A DNA stretch of 64,000 bases from Eledone cirrhosa (Eukaryota). Numbering within the stretch: position 1 is the stretch's first letter; every line of letters begins with the position of its first letter. The translations under genes were made by a program, and so were the position numbers. This document shows, in pieces, positions 1 through 16,128 of this stretch. The stretch is from positions 25,792,001-25,856,000 of the forward strand of contig OZ024745.1 of assembly GCA_964016885.1 (NCBI GenBank), in the 5' to 3' direction. Below the pieces are notes generated by a model. It was not told where the DNA came from, made no database searches, and saw nothing but the letters and a program-made list of their open reading frames with translations.

Positions 1-759
1 GTGGCATAATCAAAAACAATACATCATAGAGATATAGAGCTTTTGTGAGGTCTGCCGACTTATCAAGAGGATACCTCATTTTACTAGCTTCAAAGAGTAC
101 GTCTATAAGATGTGAGATAGAATCCCAAAAGGCGGAGGGGGAGTCAATCACGTGATACGACGGTCAAGAAACAGAGCTAAGCCCCTTATAACCCTGAAAA
201 AAATACCACGAAGGCGGAGGGGGTATTCATATCGAGGCTGTAGAAGAGGTGGTTAAGGAGACAAGAAGTATGAGAAATGGCAGCTTTCCAGCAGTCACTA
301 CACTTCAAGGATTACTCGACCAGGGGGAGTTATAAACAATATATTGAGAAACACACAGATACATGCGGACACATACATGAATATATCCACATCCATCCTT
401 AGTTAATGGTGCCAACCTTAACCGATGTTGCTCTATGAATAACTGGGACAAACCAATCCGAATGGATTAGACTGAACCAGTATCAGAGCTAAAAGTACAT
501 TATGAAGAGAGAAGAAACATTTAGATATAATTAGTAATAAGATGTATCATACCTAAACTGCTTCTAGATTCCTCGACTACGTAGTTTCGTGGCATAATCA
601 AAAACAATACATCATAGAGATATAGAGCTTTTGTGAGGTCTGCCGACTTATCAAGAAGATACCTCATTTTACTAGCTTCAAAGAGCACGTCTATAAGATG
701 TGAGATAGAATCCCAAAAGGCGGAGGGGGAGTCAATCACGTGATACGACGGTCAAGAAA
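1..759. repeat. Direct repeat of >=170 bp (1-171 and 589-759), period 588 bp, unclassified
   Basis: gtggcataatcaaaaac...gacggtcaagaaa occurs at 1 and 589 with about 2 substitutions. Confidence 0.9.
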
Positions 760-1254
760 TGGATGGATGTGGATATATTCATCTATATGTATGTGTCCGC
801 ATGTATCTGTGTGTTTCTCAATATATTGTGTATATGTATATATATATATATATGTGTATATATGCATATCTATATCTATCTATATATATATATATATATA
901 TATGTGTGTATATATATATATATGTGTGTGTGTAAATATGTATAGTATTACATCCGTCATCTAATGTCGTTTCTTTACTAAGATCACAGGATGTGATTTA
1001 AAGGAGACATTGGTTGCTATTTTTAGCAGCTGAAACAACCGTGTAGAGAGGGAGTGGGGTACTGTTTCAGTTGTTGAAGTGACACCAAATTTAACCCTGT
1101 GTTATGAGTACATATCTGTTGTTGTTGCTTTCACTCCCCCACTTTCCCTTTCTTTCTTTTGTATCTGGTCAAAACATGGAATTCTATAGTTGTCATTGCA
1201 TCATTTTGGAAGGAAGAGTTAGCTCCTATTTATCCTTCGGATGTTATATGTAAT

Positions 1255-1437
1255 AATTATTTCTACTTTTGACACAAGGCCAGCAAATACCGAGTGCATT
1301 ACTGGTACTTTATTTTATCGACCCCGTAAGGATGAAAGGCAAAGTTAACCTCGGCGGCATTTGAACTCAGAATGGCAAGGGTCGTAACTCTATGCATCAA
1401 AGCATGGCATCCGACCCTCTACCGATACTGCAAATCC
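1255..1437 (-). mobile_element. tRNA-derived SINE, family A (Meta-domain-like)
   Basis: Reverse complement of the 8516 copy: B box gagttcaaatgc; gcctttcatccttacggggtcgataaaataaagtaccag. Confidence 0.85.
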
Positions 1438-1815
1438 ACATAGGAAAAGCATGGTTGAATGTTTAAGGAGTTCATTTCACAGTCAATAGTTCGATCCTAC
1501 TACATGGAAGTTTAGGCAGATGTCATTTACCAGACCCTCAAGTCGACCCATGACTTGTCAATGTAATTGGGTAGTCGAAAATTACATGAAAGTCGTAGTG
1601 TGGGCTGTAACTGTAATTTAAAGAGCCAGGCTTGTCCCTGTCACACTGTAACACTGTCACTAAATATCCCTGAAAATTACATTAAATGTACATGTGCCTG
1701 GAATTTTCACCATCTTGCATGTTAATTTCACGAGTATGCTGTTTCCATTGGTCAGGCAACAAGAACACCAATCAGCAATTCGTTTCCATTCGATTTGTGA
1801 TAAGGTAAAACCATA

Positions 1816-2107
1816 AAAGACATAGGCTGTGTCTTTTCAGTAGAAATATGGTAAGGAAAGGGTTAAAGACATAGGCTGTGTCTTTTCAGTAGAAATATGG
1901 TAAGGAAGGGGTTAAAGACTTAGGCTGTGTCTTTTCAGTAGAAATATGGTAAGGAAAGGGTTAAAGACATAGGCTGTCTTTTCAGTAGAAATATGGTAAG
2001 GAAAGGGTTAAAGACATAGGCTGTGTCTTTTCAGTAGAAATATGGTAAGGAAAGGGTTAAAGACAAAGGCTGTGTCCTTTCAGTAGAAATATGGTAAGGA
2101 AAGGGTT
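1816..2107 (+). repeat. 49-bp tandem repeat x6 containing the terminus of a TTAA-type MITE
   Basis: Unit aaagacataggctgtgtcttttcagtagaaatatggtaaggaaagggtt; 4th unit is 47 bp. Confidence 0.95.
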
Positions 2108-2508
2108 AATCCTTTCGTTACCATGGTTCGAAAGAAACTAAAAGATATTTTGACGATTGCTTTTTTTTTCTTTTTGTATTTGTCCTTCATTTTGTAATGT
2201 GTCTTTTTGTTTGTATTGTTTTGTTTTTCACCTAATTAATGTAGCATCATCTATTTATCTGATGTGTGATTTAGTAAACAAAATCATAAGAATAAATGGA
2301 CAGTGTGTCGCCAATTCCTTATGATAACACACACTATCATCACAAGAAGGTGATGGGAGGGTGGGATGGGTGCAGTGGGAGTATTGTTTTGTTTGTTTTG
2401 GTTTTATTAGACGAAATTTTAAATATTGATAAACTTACTCAGATAGCTATGCTAAGCTAGCTAATATATTTTTGTTGGCATACATTTGCACACGCTGTTA
2501 CGCACACG

Positions 2509-2602
<94 letters not shown>

Positions 2603-2721
2603 ACACAACGTGAGAAACTGGTTGCGTGGGAGGATGAGTTTTGTTTGATGGAAGGTGGAGGGCGTTGGGTGACAAAGTTAGAATATCTGGGCGAAAAAAG
2701 GAAAACTGAAGTATGAAAAAG

Positions 2722-2779
2722 TACGAGGGTCGGCTGAAACGTTTATAGACTGACCAAGAGACTCTCATGGAATGACCAA
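2722..2779 (+). mobile_element. Tc1/mariner MITE fragment
   Basis: tacgagggtcggctgaaa TIR, homologous to 4536-4735. Confidence 0.75.
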
Positions 2780-2949
2780 TAGGGTTGGAGTCAGAAAGGG
2801 CATCTGGCTTTAAAGATTATTCGAAATCATCCCATGCCAGCCCGGAAAAGTAGAGGTAAAAACGATGACACACGCACACACACATATTTATATATATATA
2901 TATAGTGACGAAACATAAGTCAATTGCATGAACTCATAATCCTTTATTT

Positions 2950-3005
2950 ACTGCTATATATATTTCGATGATAGCCATTGAATGGCTATGACCTCATCAG
3001 GCAGT
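2950..3005 (-). ncRNA. Type I hammerhead ribozyme (Penelope-like), intact core
   Basis: actgc CTGATGA ggtc-atagccat-tca-atggctat-catc GAAA tatata TA gcagt, followed by AATAAA. Confidence 0.85.
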
Positions 3006-3071
3006 TAGTCAGTTCTTAGATATGCCAGCTCTGTGTTTATAGTGTCGATGGTATCAGAGCCTTGGGACATA

Positions 3072-3113
<42 letters not shown>

Positions 3114-3447
3114 CTTATATATGTGTGTGTATGTATAAATAAATAAATATATATATATATATACACATATATGTATATGTGTGTATGTATAAATATATGT
3201 ATATATATATATATTTATATAAGGATATATAGAGAGAGTGGGGTGGAGAAGCGTCTCGCCATAGTGATACATATCTACTGGTAGTAAATAACATATCCAA
3301 CAAGACAGCTAACAAGAATCAGTTATCTTGTTGTTGTTGTTGTTGTTGTAGCATTGTAATAAACAATAGACAGACAATGAGGACAGCAATAATAACAACA
3401 ACAGCAAACAAAGTCAATGTTATTAAGCTTATGACCGAGAGAATGAT

Positions 3448-3525
<78 letters not shown>

Positions 3526-3793
3526 GTATATATATATATGTATATATATATAGGATATTCAATTTGTTGGTAATTCAACAAATATAAATGTTTATAACTG
3601 ATTCAGAGCACTCGGCAGATTTTTCTGGAGTATAATATACAATGATATTAAATAAATTAAATCATTTGCATACTCATCTTAATAATTTGAAATATCTGAC
3701 TTCTCTTCTCTTATCCCTTCACTATCCAAGGAAAACTTGAATCGTTAAGGTATATTCTCCTTGGTTATGGCAAAATTTATAAAACACACTTCG

Positions 3794-4247
3794 TATTTTA
3801 TTTGATGATAGCGTACCAAAATTTTGGAACCCTTGAAATATATCTTTATATATATAAAAGCGAGGATTTGTGTGTGTCTGTGTACAACTTTGCATACGTA
3901 AGGCTTTTACAATTACCAACTGAATTTGACCAAATTGTCTGTGTACATTGCACAGGTCGCTAAGATTGTCACATCAGAAACATTTTTCAAATCGACCCAC
4001 GTTAAGCAATAAAAAATCGATATCAAAATTATCGGTAGCAAAATTGATGTAAGGGAGATAACCAACTTTATTGACAATCCTTAATAAAAAGGAAGATAAC
4101 CAACTTTATTGTCAATCCTTATAAAGAGACTGCTTATTTTGACAGGTTGGGGACAAATAATGTTCTTTTACTTCCTAGCTGTATATTCTTAGCATAATTT
4201 CAAACCCCGAGCAACGCCGAGTAAATCTGCTAGCATATAATAGAATA
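3794..4247 (+). ncRNA. Degenerate hammerhead (TTGATGA core) interrupted by a Helitron
   Basis: tattttat TTGATGA ... GAAA tata [Helitron] catata atagaata; homologous to 34404-34468. Confidence 0.65.
3843..4233 (+). mobile_element. Non-autonomous Helitron
   Basis: 5' A^TCTTTATATATATAAAAG; 3' GC-rich hairpin cccgagcaacgccgag followed by CTAG; no TSD. Confidence 0.75.
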
Positions 4248-4291
4248 AATATGGTTTTATAAATATAGTTTCCATTTATTTAATATCATTG

Positions 4292-4326
<35 letters not shown>

Positions 4327-4535
4327 AAGAAATATTGGGTATTTGGTCCAGTAATAGAATAGCTGAAACTTCTTGTTGTAGTAAGAGACATCAAAGAGAT
4401 CTGATCCAATGTTAATTCAGTGGCTACCACTTGTATAAACTTACCTATCCAGCTACCTACCTCTCTAATTTCTTACCTGCTACGTTCCTTAAGTACTTTA
4501 CCTACATTCGTTACCTAGCGAGCTACCTTCTTCAT

Positions 4536-4735
4536 TACGAGGGTCGATTGAGAAGTTCATAGGCTGACCAAGATACACTCATGGACTGACCAAATGAAGT
4601 TTATTTTTCAACATAGTCCCTGCAAAGAAACAATGCAGTTATTAATAAGAGTTGAAAATTATTGCATGCAAGATTTTACAGCCCTAGCATCACTCCTTCA
4701 TTGTCAGTCGATGAACTTTTCACCCGACCCTCGTA
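4536..4735 (+). mobile_element. Complete Tc1/mariner-type MITE with TA TSD
   Basis: TIRs tacgagggtcgattgagaagttcat / atgaacttttcacccgaccctcgta. Confidence 0.88.
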
Positions 4736-4975
4736 CATACATGAACACATACATATATACATACATACCTACACACACATACATACATACATACATACAT
4801 ACATACACACATACACACATACACACACGCATACATACATACCTACCTACCTACATACATACATACATTTATACATACATATATACATACATATATATAT
4901 ACCTACATACTTACCTACCTACATACCTACCTACATACATACATACGTACATACATATGTACATACATAAACACA

Positions 4976-5640
4976 TTAAAAGCTACAACAATGTGGAAGA
5001 CATCCATGTACATAATATAAAAGAGTACTGGTGGAATGTTCCAGTAAAAACCCCAATAAAATGCAGGCATAACAGACCAGATATTATGATATGGGACAGG
5101 GAGAAGAAAGCATGCACAGTAGTGGAAATTAGCTGCCCAGCAGATGCCAATATAATATCAAAGATTAGCGAAAAGGAGAATATTTACGCAGAACTGATGA
5201 GAAATCTGCAGATACTCCACCCTGATTACACCTTCAGATATATACCTGTGATTATTGGGGCACTGGGGTATGTTAGTAACTGCCTCAATACAAATCTTGA
5301 AGCTAGGCTTCACAGGAACAGAAAGAACACAACTAGTTAGGAAATTACAAGTACAATAAAGATATGAACAGTAAAAATATGTAAAATATTCCAAAAAATT
5401 TGCATCTAATAACTGCATATACACATGTACAGATACAAAGCATATATACATGCATACATACAACTCAAAACATACTCATCCACACATACAATAACATCCA
5501 TATCTACACATGCATGCATACATACATATCTACCTAGTTGATGTTGTGTACATTCTAATGAGAGAGTCTTGTGTCTATGTTAGAAACCGACTCTCTCTCT
5601 CTATTGGTAAAACTTTGTGAAATTAAAAAACCAGAAAAAC
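4976..5640 (+). mobile_element. 5'-truncated R4/Dong-like non-LTR retrotransposon (restriction-like endonuclease + 3' UTR)
   Basis: YWWNVPVKT..HNRPDIMIWD..VVEISCP..KISEKENIY..IPVIIGALG matches the RLE PD-(D/E)xK region; flanked by (TACA)n. Confidence 0.85.
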
Positions 5641-5649
5641 ATACATACA

Positions 5650-6024
5650 TTGTGGAGATCAGCTGCCCACTTGATGTAAACGTTGTCATAAAAATACAGG
5701 AGAAGGAGGAATTTTACGGACCATTGATGAGGAGTTTACAAATCCAGTATCCAAGATACACCTTTAGCTTCATACCCATCATTATTGGTGCTACGGGTTA
5801 TATACCAACCCGCTTGGACCAAAGTATGGCTGAACTTGGATTTGCGGACAAAGAGCGCAGCTCCCTAATTCATAGTCTACAAATGGCTGCGATAGCTGGC
5901 ACCTTCAAAATTTGCAAAATATATATTCTTGCGATTCAAGGGATGACAATTTCTTTTCTTTTACAACCTTGCCACCAGGAAGGTGGCTAGTCAAAAAAAT
6001 ATACTCGAAATTAAGAGAAAGAGA

Positions 6025-6025
<1 letters not shown>
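5650..6025 (+). mobile_element. Second, divergent R4/Dong-like 3' fragment
   Basis: IVEISCPLD..KIQEKEEFYGPL..IPIIIGATG; ends directly in (TACA)n. Confidence 0.8.
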
Positions 6026-6055
<30 letters not shown>

Positions 6056-7190
6056 CATACATACATACATACATACATACATACATGCATACAAGCCTAC
6101 ATACATACACACGCACACATACATACATACATATATTCATGCATGCATGCATACATACATACATACATACCAGTTACCTGCATGCATGTGCACCTCACGT
6201 ACATACCTACATATACACCTATCATCAATTTAAGTTACTAATCACATCTACCTATCAACTTTATCTACCTATCCACATAACTACCAATCTACCTACTGCA
6301 CTTACCTGCCTAACTACATACTTCATCTCCTTTCCACCCTTCCTTACCTACATACCTACCTACGTATCTACCTACCTACCTACCCACATACCTACCTACG
6401 TATCTACCTACGTATCTACCTACCTACCTACCCACATACCTACCTACGTATCTACCTACGTATCTACCTACGTATCTACCTACCTACCTACCCACATACC
6501 TACCTACGTATCTACCTACGTATCTACCTACGTATCTACCTACATACATATCTAACCTACATACCTACATTCCTATACTTATACATTCCAAACGTACCTA
6601 ACTACCCACCTTTCTACATACCAAACCTAACTATCTATGTACCAACCTACCCATATACCAACCTACCTACCTACCTACCTACCTACCTACCTACCTACCT
6701 ACCTACCTACCTACCTACCTACCTACCTACCTACCTACCTACCTACCAACTTACCTACCTACCTACCTACCTACAAACCAACCTACCAACCTACCTACCT
6801 ACCTACCTACCTACCTACCTACCTACCTACCTACCTACAAACCAACCTACCTACCTACCTACCTACCTACCTACCAACTTACCTACCTACCTACCTACCT
6901 ACAAACCAACCTACCAACCTACCTACCAACCTACCTACCTACCTACAAACCTACCTACCTACCTACAAACCAACCTACCTACTTACCTACCTACCTACCT
7001 ACCTACAAACCAACCTACCAACCTACCTACCAACCTACCTACAAACCAACCTACCTACCTACCTACCTACCTACAAACCAACCTACCAACCTACCTACCT
7101 ACCAACCTACCTACAAACCAACCTACCTACCTACCCACATACCTACCTACCTACCTACCTACCTATCTACCTACCCACATACCTACAAAC
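6026..7190 (+). repeat. (TACA)n grading into a (TACC)n tetranucleotide array
   Basis: Direct reading. Confidence 0.95.
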
Positions 7191-7214
7191 ATGTCTACCA
7201 CCATGCACGCCCAT

Positions 7215-7545
7215 CGAAGGGAGTCTTGTACTCTCAGTCGCTTCCCGCCAGAGAAACCAGCCTGATCAGCCTCTGGGCTCGAGACAGAATTAGACATAGT
7301 TGAGAGCAAAAGAGGATAGGAACAATTGACACAAGTTTGTAGAGGTCTTCACCAGGCAGTGGGCAGATAATGACTAAGAGGATGACAATTAAATTGATTG
7401 AAATTAAAAAAAATGGTAGGCTGCTGCATCTTACAAATTTTTTCAAATTTTTGTTTTCTCTCTGATAAAGGATTTATTTATCACTTCATTTTCCCAAGTT
7501 TTCCTATGCTATTATCAACAACTGATAACTTTAGACTTTTACCTT
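7215..7545 (+). mobile_element. 3' part of a long SINE or composite repeat
   Basis: 7290-7545 is the reverse complement of ~55780-56075; 7215-7295 resembles the 3' end of the 63590 SINE. Confidence 0.7.
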
Positions 7546-8515
7546 TATATGTATGATATACCAGACGTAGCGTCTATTAAAATGGTTAAAGAAGTTCGAT
7601 TCACAATCACGTGGCTTCAGCTTCGATTCCATTGCATTGCATTTTCATCAAATTTATTTTACTTTGAATCAACCCAAGTGAAATACCATCGCATAACCAA
7701 TTTATCGACTATACTTGTAATTCAAAAGGTCAGCTGTGTCATGCTGAATCTGCCGTAGAATGCCGAATACAAAGTCACTTACCCGTTAGTTTAATGAGTA
7801 GGCCGTTCTGTTGTTTGAACCGACGGAGGACCATTTATTTATTATTTTGTTTATATCTACCTCGCATATATTGGATGCATAGAGGGACGGAAAGCATTGT
7901 ATAGTTTTTAAATGACTCATTGTGTTAATTCCTGTAATTTCATTGATTAACTCTTGTTAGCTAGAACATTCTTCAGTAATTGAAATACATTACATAAGCA
8001 AACGATGTAATGCCAGTTTAAATCTTTTGAATAATATATAAGAATATAAATGAATTCAATAAATTCACAGAGCTCAGATATTTGACAATTGGTTACTTCC
8101 AGCCTCAGATCCTTAAATCGTCGCTCAATAAATCAGCCTTTGGGCAACAAGTGAGCATCTGTGTGGTCACTCGATCTGCTAGAAATAGCAACAAAATCTC
8201 CCTTAAATCACACCGTTAGATATTGTAGTCTTGGGTTCCTTGCATATAGGAAAAAGACGGAACAGTCACGACTGGAATGCCTTGATCATAGTTCTACTCA
8301 ATTAGGGATGACCTGTAACTAAACAAGTAGAGGTCAGTTTTCCCTATATTTTGAAGTGTTAATATTTTTTCAAAAACAGTTTAATATTGAAGAAGTTTAT
8401 TATTTCATTAAATACCCTCAAATTCTTTATTATTTTCAAAATGATTAGCAATGTCTTTCGTAAGAAATACGGTAATAAATGGGTTAATGTTTTTACGTAT
8501 TTATTGTCTCAGAGA

Positions 8516-8707
8516 AGGGCGGTGAATTGGCAGTATCGGTAGAGGGTTGGACGCCATGCTTTCCAGCATAGCTACGTCCCTTTACGGTCTGAGTTCAAAT
8601 CCCGTCGAGGTTAACTTTGCCTTTCATCCTTACGGGGTCGAAAAAATAAAGTAGCAGTAATGCATTGGGTAATTGCTGGCCTTGTGCCAAAAGTAGAAAC
8701 AGTTATT
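8516..8707 (+). mobile_element. tRNA-derived SINE, family A
   Basis: A box tggcagtatcgg, B box gagttcaaatcc, central gcctttcatccttacggggtcga. Confidence 0.88.
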
Positions 8708-9169
8708 GTCTCAGAGCAGAATTTCATCTTAAACATCTGTAAGGCACCAAACTACCAAACTACGATGCATCATTCTTTCAGCATTCTAACAACGAGTCCT
8801 TCTTTTCTACCCCCCCCCCTACCTTACTCTGTCTCGTTCACAAAATTTGCTTTTCATTCTCCACCCTATTCCCACCCACTTGTTCTCTCAGTTTTTTTTT
8901 GACCATGAGAGGGGGAGCATGGTGGTGGTGGTGTTGATAGTGTTGGGGTGGTGGCGGCGTTGATAGTGTTGGGGTGGTGGCGGAGTAAAGGAAATTGTAA
9001 TGCAAGAGTAGCTGAGTACCAGTGACAGGATATGAACTCTTCACTTGTAAGCTGAGTGCCTGGCTTGTTATATACTTCTGGATATTGTCACTGACTCTCT
9101 CTCGCTTCATTACTAACACTAATTCACTTATTGCCGCTGCTGCAACTAACAGATACACACATACGTATA

Positions 9170-9482
9170 TACATACATACATACATACATACATACATAC
9201 ATACATACATACATACATACATACATACATACATACATACATACATACATACATACATACATACATACATACATACATACATACATACATACATACATAC
9301 ATACATACATACATACATACATACATACATACATACATACATACATACATACATACATACATACATACATACATACATACATACATACATACATACATAC
9401 ATACATACATACATACATACATACATACATACATACATACATACATACATACATACATACATACATACATACATACATACAT
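9170..9482 (+). repeat. Perfect (TACA)n microsatellite, ~310 bp
   Basis: Direct reading. Confidence 0.97.
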
Positions 9483-9556
9483 GTTTCAGTGGTCTGGGTG
9501 CCTCGTAAATGTTTTCACACATATTGAAGAAGTCTCTGGAATTTCACACACGCACA

Positions 9557-9626
<70 letters not shown>

Positions 9627-9722
9627 ATTCTGTAGGCAGACGAATGAAGTTAAATCAACTTCAGAAAACTCTGAGTACCTAAGAAGGTATACGTCAGTTT
9701 GCCATGTATTTTACTCAACATA

Positions 9723-9767
<45 letters not shown>

Positions 9768-9816
9768 AATAAGATAGCAAGGACGATTGGTTACTCCTTC
9801 ATTACGTTTATTGGTT

Positions 9817-9901
9817 GGTGACACGCGTTTCGCCACTGATCAGCTCAAGGTTCGATCTGTATCGATTTGACTCGACTCTGTAATCCACCGCTCGTAAGAC
9901 C
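9817..9901 (-). ncRNA. Degenerate hammerhead with extended stem II
   Basis: ggt CTTACGA gc...gc GAAA cgcgtg TC acc, then AATAAA; core has one substitution. Confidence 0.45.
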
Positions 9902-9938
9902 TCTTGTAATGTTAATGTGTATATCTATATACATGTTA

Positions 9939-9982
<44 letters not shown>

Positions 9983-9984
<2 letters not shown>

Positions 9985-10022
9985 GCTAGGTTTGCTTGGG
10001 TTCGTGGCCGGCCTTCATTTAA

Positions 10023-10064
<42 letters not shown>

Positions 10065-10104
10065 TTAAATGAAGGCCGGCCACGAACCCAAGCAAACCTA
10101 GCCC
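9983..10104. repeat. Perfect 44-bp inverted repeat around (TA)17
   Basis: 9983-10026 is the reverse complement of 10061-10104. Confidence 0.95.
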
Positions 10105-10584
10105 ATATATCTACAAGAGACCTAAAACTATACCACTCAAGGATGAGGAGCTAAATCACGTTCATCCACCTAACTACGCCCCAACACCCTGGTAAACTAT
10201 CCAGCGACCCGCTCCAATCAAATGGTATGGGGATGACGGGTGCCATCAAGCTACAGCCGTTGTATTACGTAGTCTCTAATGTGTGTGTGTGTGTGTGTGC
10301 GCGTATTAAACTTAATACATGTACAGGCACGTGCTTGTAAATGAATTATTTAAGTTTTGCGTGTATTATAAACCAATCACACATACACACAAACGTGTGT
10401 GTGTGTTTCTGTGTGTGTGTCTCTCTCTCTCTATCTCTCTCTCTCTCTCTGTGTTTCTATGTGTGTGTAATTAAATGTTGCAATATATACAATCGCTTAT
10501 CTTAGTCCTAGTTCTCGTATGTATATTTAATTTAATATCTGTATGTAAAGAATTTCTTGTTTCCAGTTTATTCAGATGTTCAAC

Positions 10585-10666
<82 letters not shown>

Positions 10667-11113
10667 AATACATACATATGTGTGTTGCGACTAACCAGGG
10701 CAACCTCACCAAGTGGGATTGGCTCAGTGCAAAGCCTTTCCTCAAAAAAGCTTTAAGCACAGGCATCACTTGATATGTGACATTGGTTGCGTTGGATGGT
10801 ATTGCTGGCCATAGGCAAGTCCCTAGCACGACTTAATGTTGATCATATCTTCAGAATGAAGGAGGGATCAACATTGTGACCTAATTATGTATTTTCAGTA
10901 CATAGATTTTATGAAAGAACATGTTGTCACTTTCCTACAATTCCACCGATAGCACTGCTTTCTCTTCACTTTCAGACGAAGGGCCAAGGCCCGAAGAGTT
11001 AGATCCTAGAATTCTCAACAGCGCCTGTTTTACTCTCATATAAATTCTCCTATTAACTAATTAATGCTAACACAGGCCATAGCTAATGTTCTCGGTTTCA
11101 TGAGTTTAGTCTC

Positions 11114-14670
<3,557 letters not shown>

Positions 14671-14904
14671 ATGTAATAGACAATAACACGTCTCTCCTAC
14701 AGCCCCGCACTACCAACATTGTCCTATCGACCACTACAACCTATCTACCCAGCCTACCTCGCCCCATGGTTTCTCCACCATTCACCCCTAACGATTCTTC
14801 AGTTAACGGAACTTTCCGACGGATCCCAGGTACTTGAAAATGCCCTGTCAGGCTCACTAAACCCCGATCTTATCAACTAACAACCTTAAAGTGATATATA
14901 TATA

Positions 14905-14967
<63 letters not shown>

Positions 14968-15042
14968 CTATATATATATATTATATAGATAGATAGATAG
15001 ATAACTATACACGGGTGTGTACTGATCGTGTATAGAAGATCT

Positions 15043-15272
15043 ATATTAATAAAAGGAATTCGAATTTGTCTGATTTACTCGTTTTATTTACAATCATTTA
15101 AAATTATAATGGTATTAGAATGAAAATAGTCTGGTAGAATATTAAATGTTAAGTGTTAACACTTAACATTTAATATTCTACCATACTATTTCATTCTAAT
15201 ACCATTATAAATTTTAAAGGATTGTAAATAGAACGAGTAAATCAGACAAAGTTGGAACTCCTTTATCTAATA
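15043..15272. repeat. ~230-bp imperfect palindrome centred on GTTAAC
   Basis: Perfect core 15132-15183 with no spacer; outer arms carry scattered mismatches. Confidence 0.9.
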
Positions 15273-15521
15273 TATATTATATATATATATACAGTTCGAT
15301 CATCGAATACCACAAACTTGCATATTGCGCAAGTAGGATTTTTGATTTGGGATTCATAGAAACCAATCGGACGTATTACATAATATCGTTCGAGATGGTC
15401 CAGGTTTGTTGTCTAACCTGATTGGTTTTTTTCGTTGGTTTGGTATCTTATGACTGGCCTCACCTGCCGCAGTTTCAATTTGTCAAGCTATCTAACGTAT
15501 GTTATTACTCTAAGGTGAATT

Positions 15522-15716
15522 AAGGGCGGTGAATTGGCAGTATCGGTAGAGGGTCGGACACCATGCTTTGACGCATAGAGTTACGGCCCTTGCTATTCTG
15601 AGTTCAAATCCGGCCGAGGTTAACTTTGCCTTTCACCCTTACGGGGTCGATAAAATAAAGTACCAGTAATGTACTGGGTAATTGCTGGCCTTGTGCCAAT
15701 TGTAGAAACAGTTATT
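15522..15716 (+). mobile_element. tRNA-derived SINE, family A
   Basis: Homologous to 8516-8707. Confidence 0.88.
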
Positions 15717-15880
15717 ACTTTAAGGTGACACAACCCTATCGAGTGCTTTGCTGCACATTCCCAATTGTATATCGTTAGCTTGGCCACAGCCAAAACATCG
15801 ATTTCACTAAACTTCCGTTTGTATATATAAATATAATTGAAAATTTAGTTAAGTAAGTGACAGTATTAAATAAATAACTT

Positions 15881-16128
15881 TTAACCCTTTTGATACGAAA
15901 CCTCCTGAAACTACCCCGAGCTCTATGCTACAGAGCTGCTTATTTTAAAGTGTTTATATTAATCTAATAACCTTCTGTCAAAATCTTATGTCAAAACGTT
16001 TCATTGAGTTTTGTTTTCAAACACCAGTTTAATAATGAAAAAGTTAATTATATTTCTAAATTTCTGAAAATTATTTTCAAAATTATTTGCAAATCATAGG
16101 CAGGGAAGTATGGTAACGAAAGCGTTAA
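15881..16128. mobile_element. TTAA-flanked MITE (piggyBac-like termini)
   Basis: ttaacccttttgatac ... gtatggtaacgaaagcgttaa; related ends at 2090, 8466, 49318, 52935, 54433. Confidence 0.6.

Noticed and set aside
560-760. Minus-strand GAAAC-tac-GTA hammerhead half
   Set aside because: No CTGANGA box at a compatible position.
1816-2107. CRISPR-like array
   Set aside because: No unique spacers, no cas genes, eukaryotic context.
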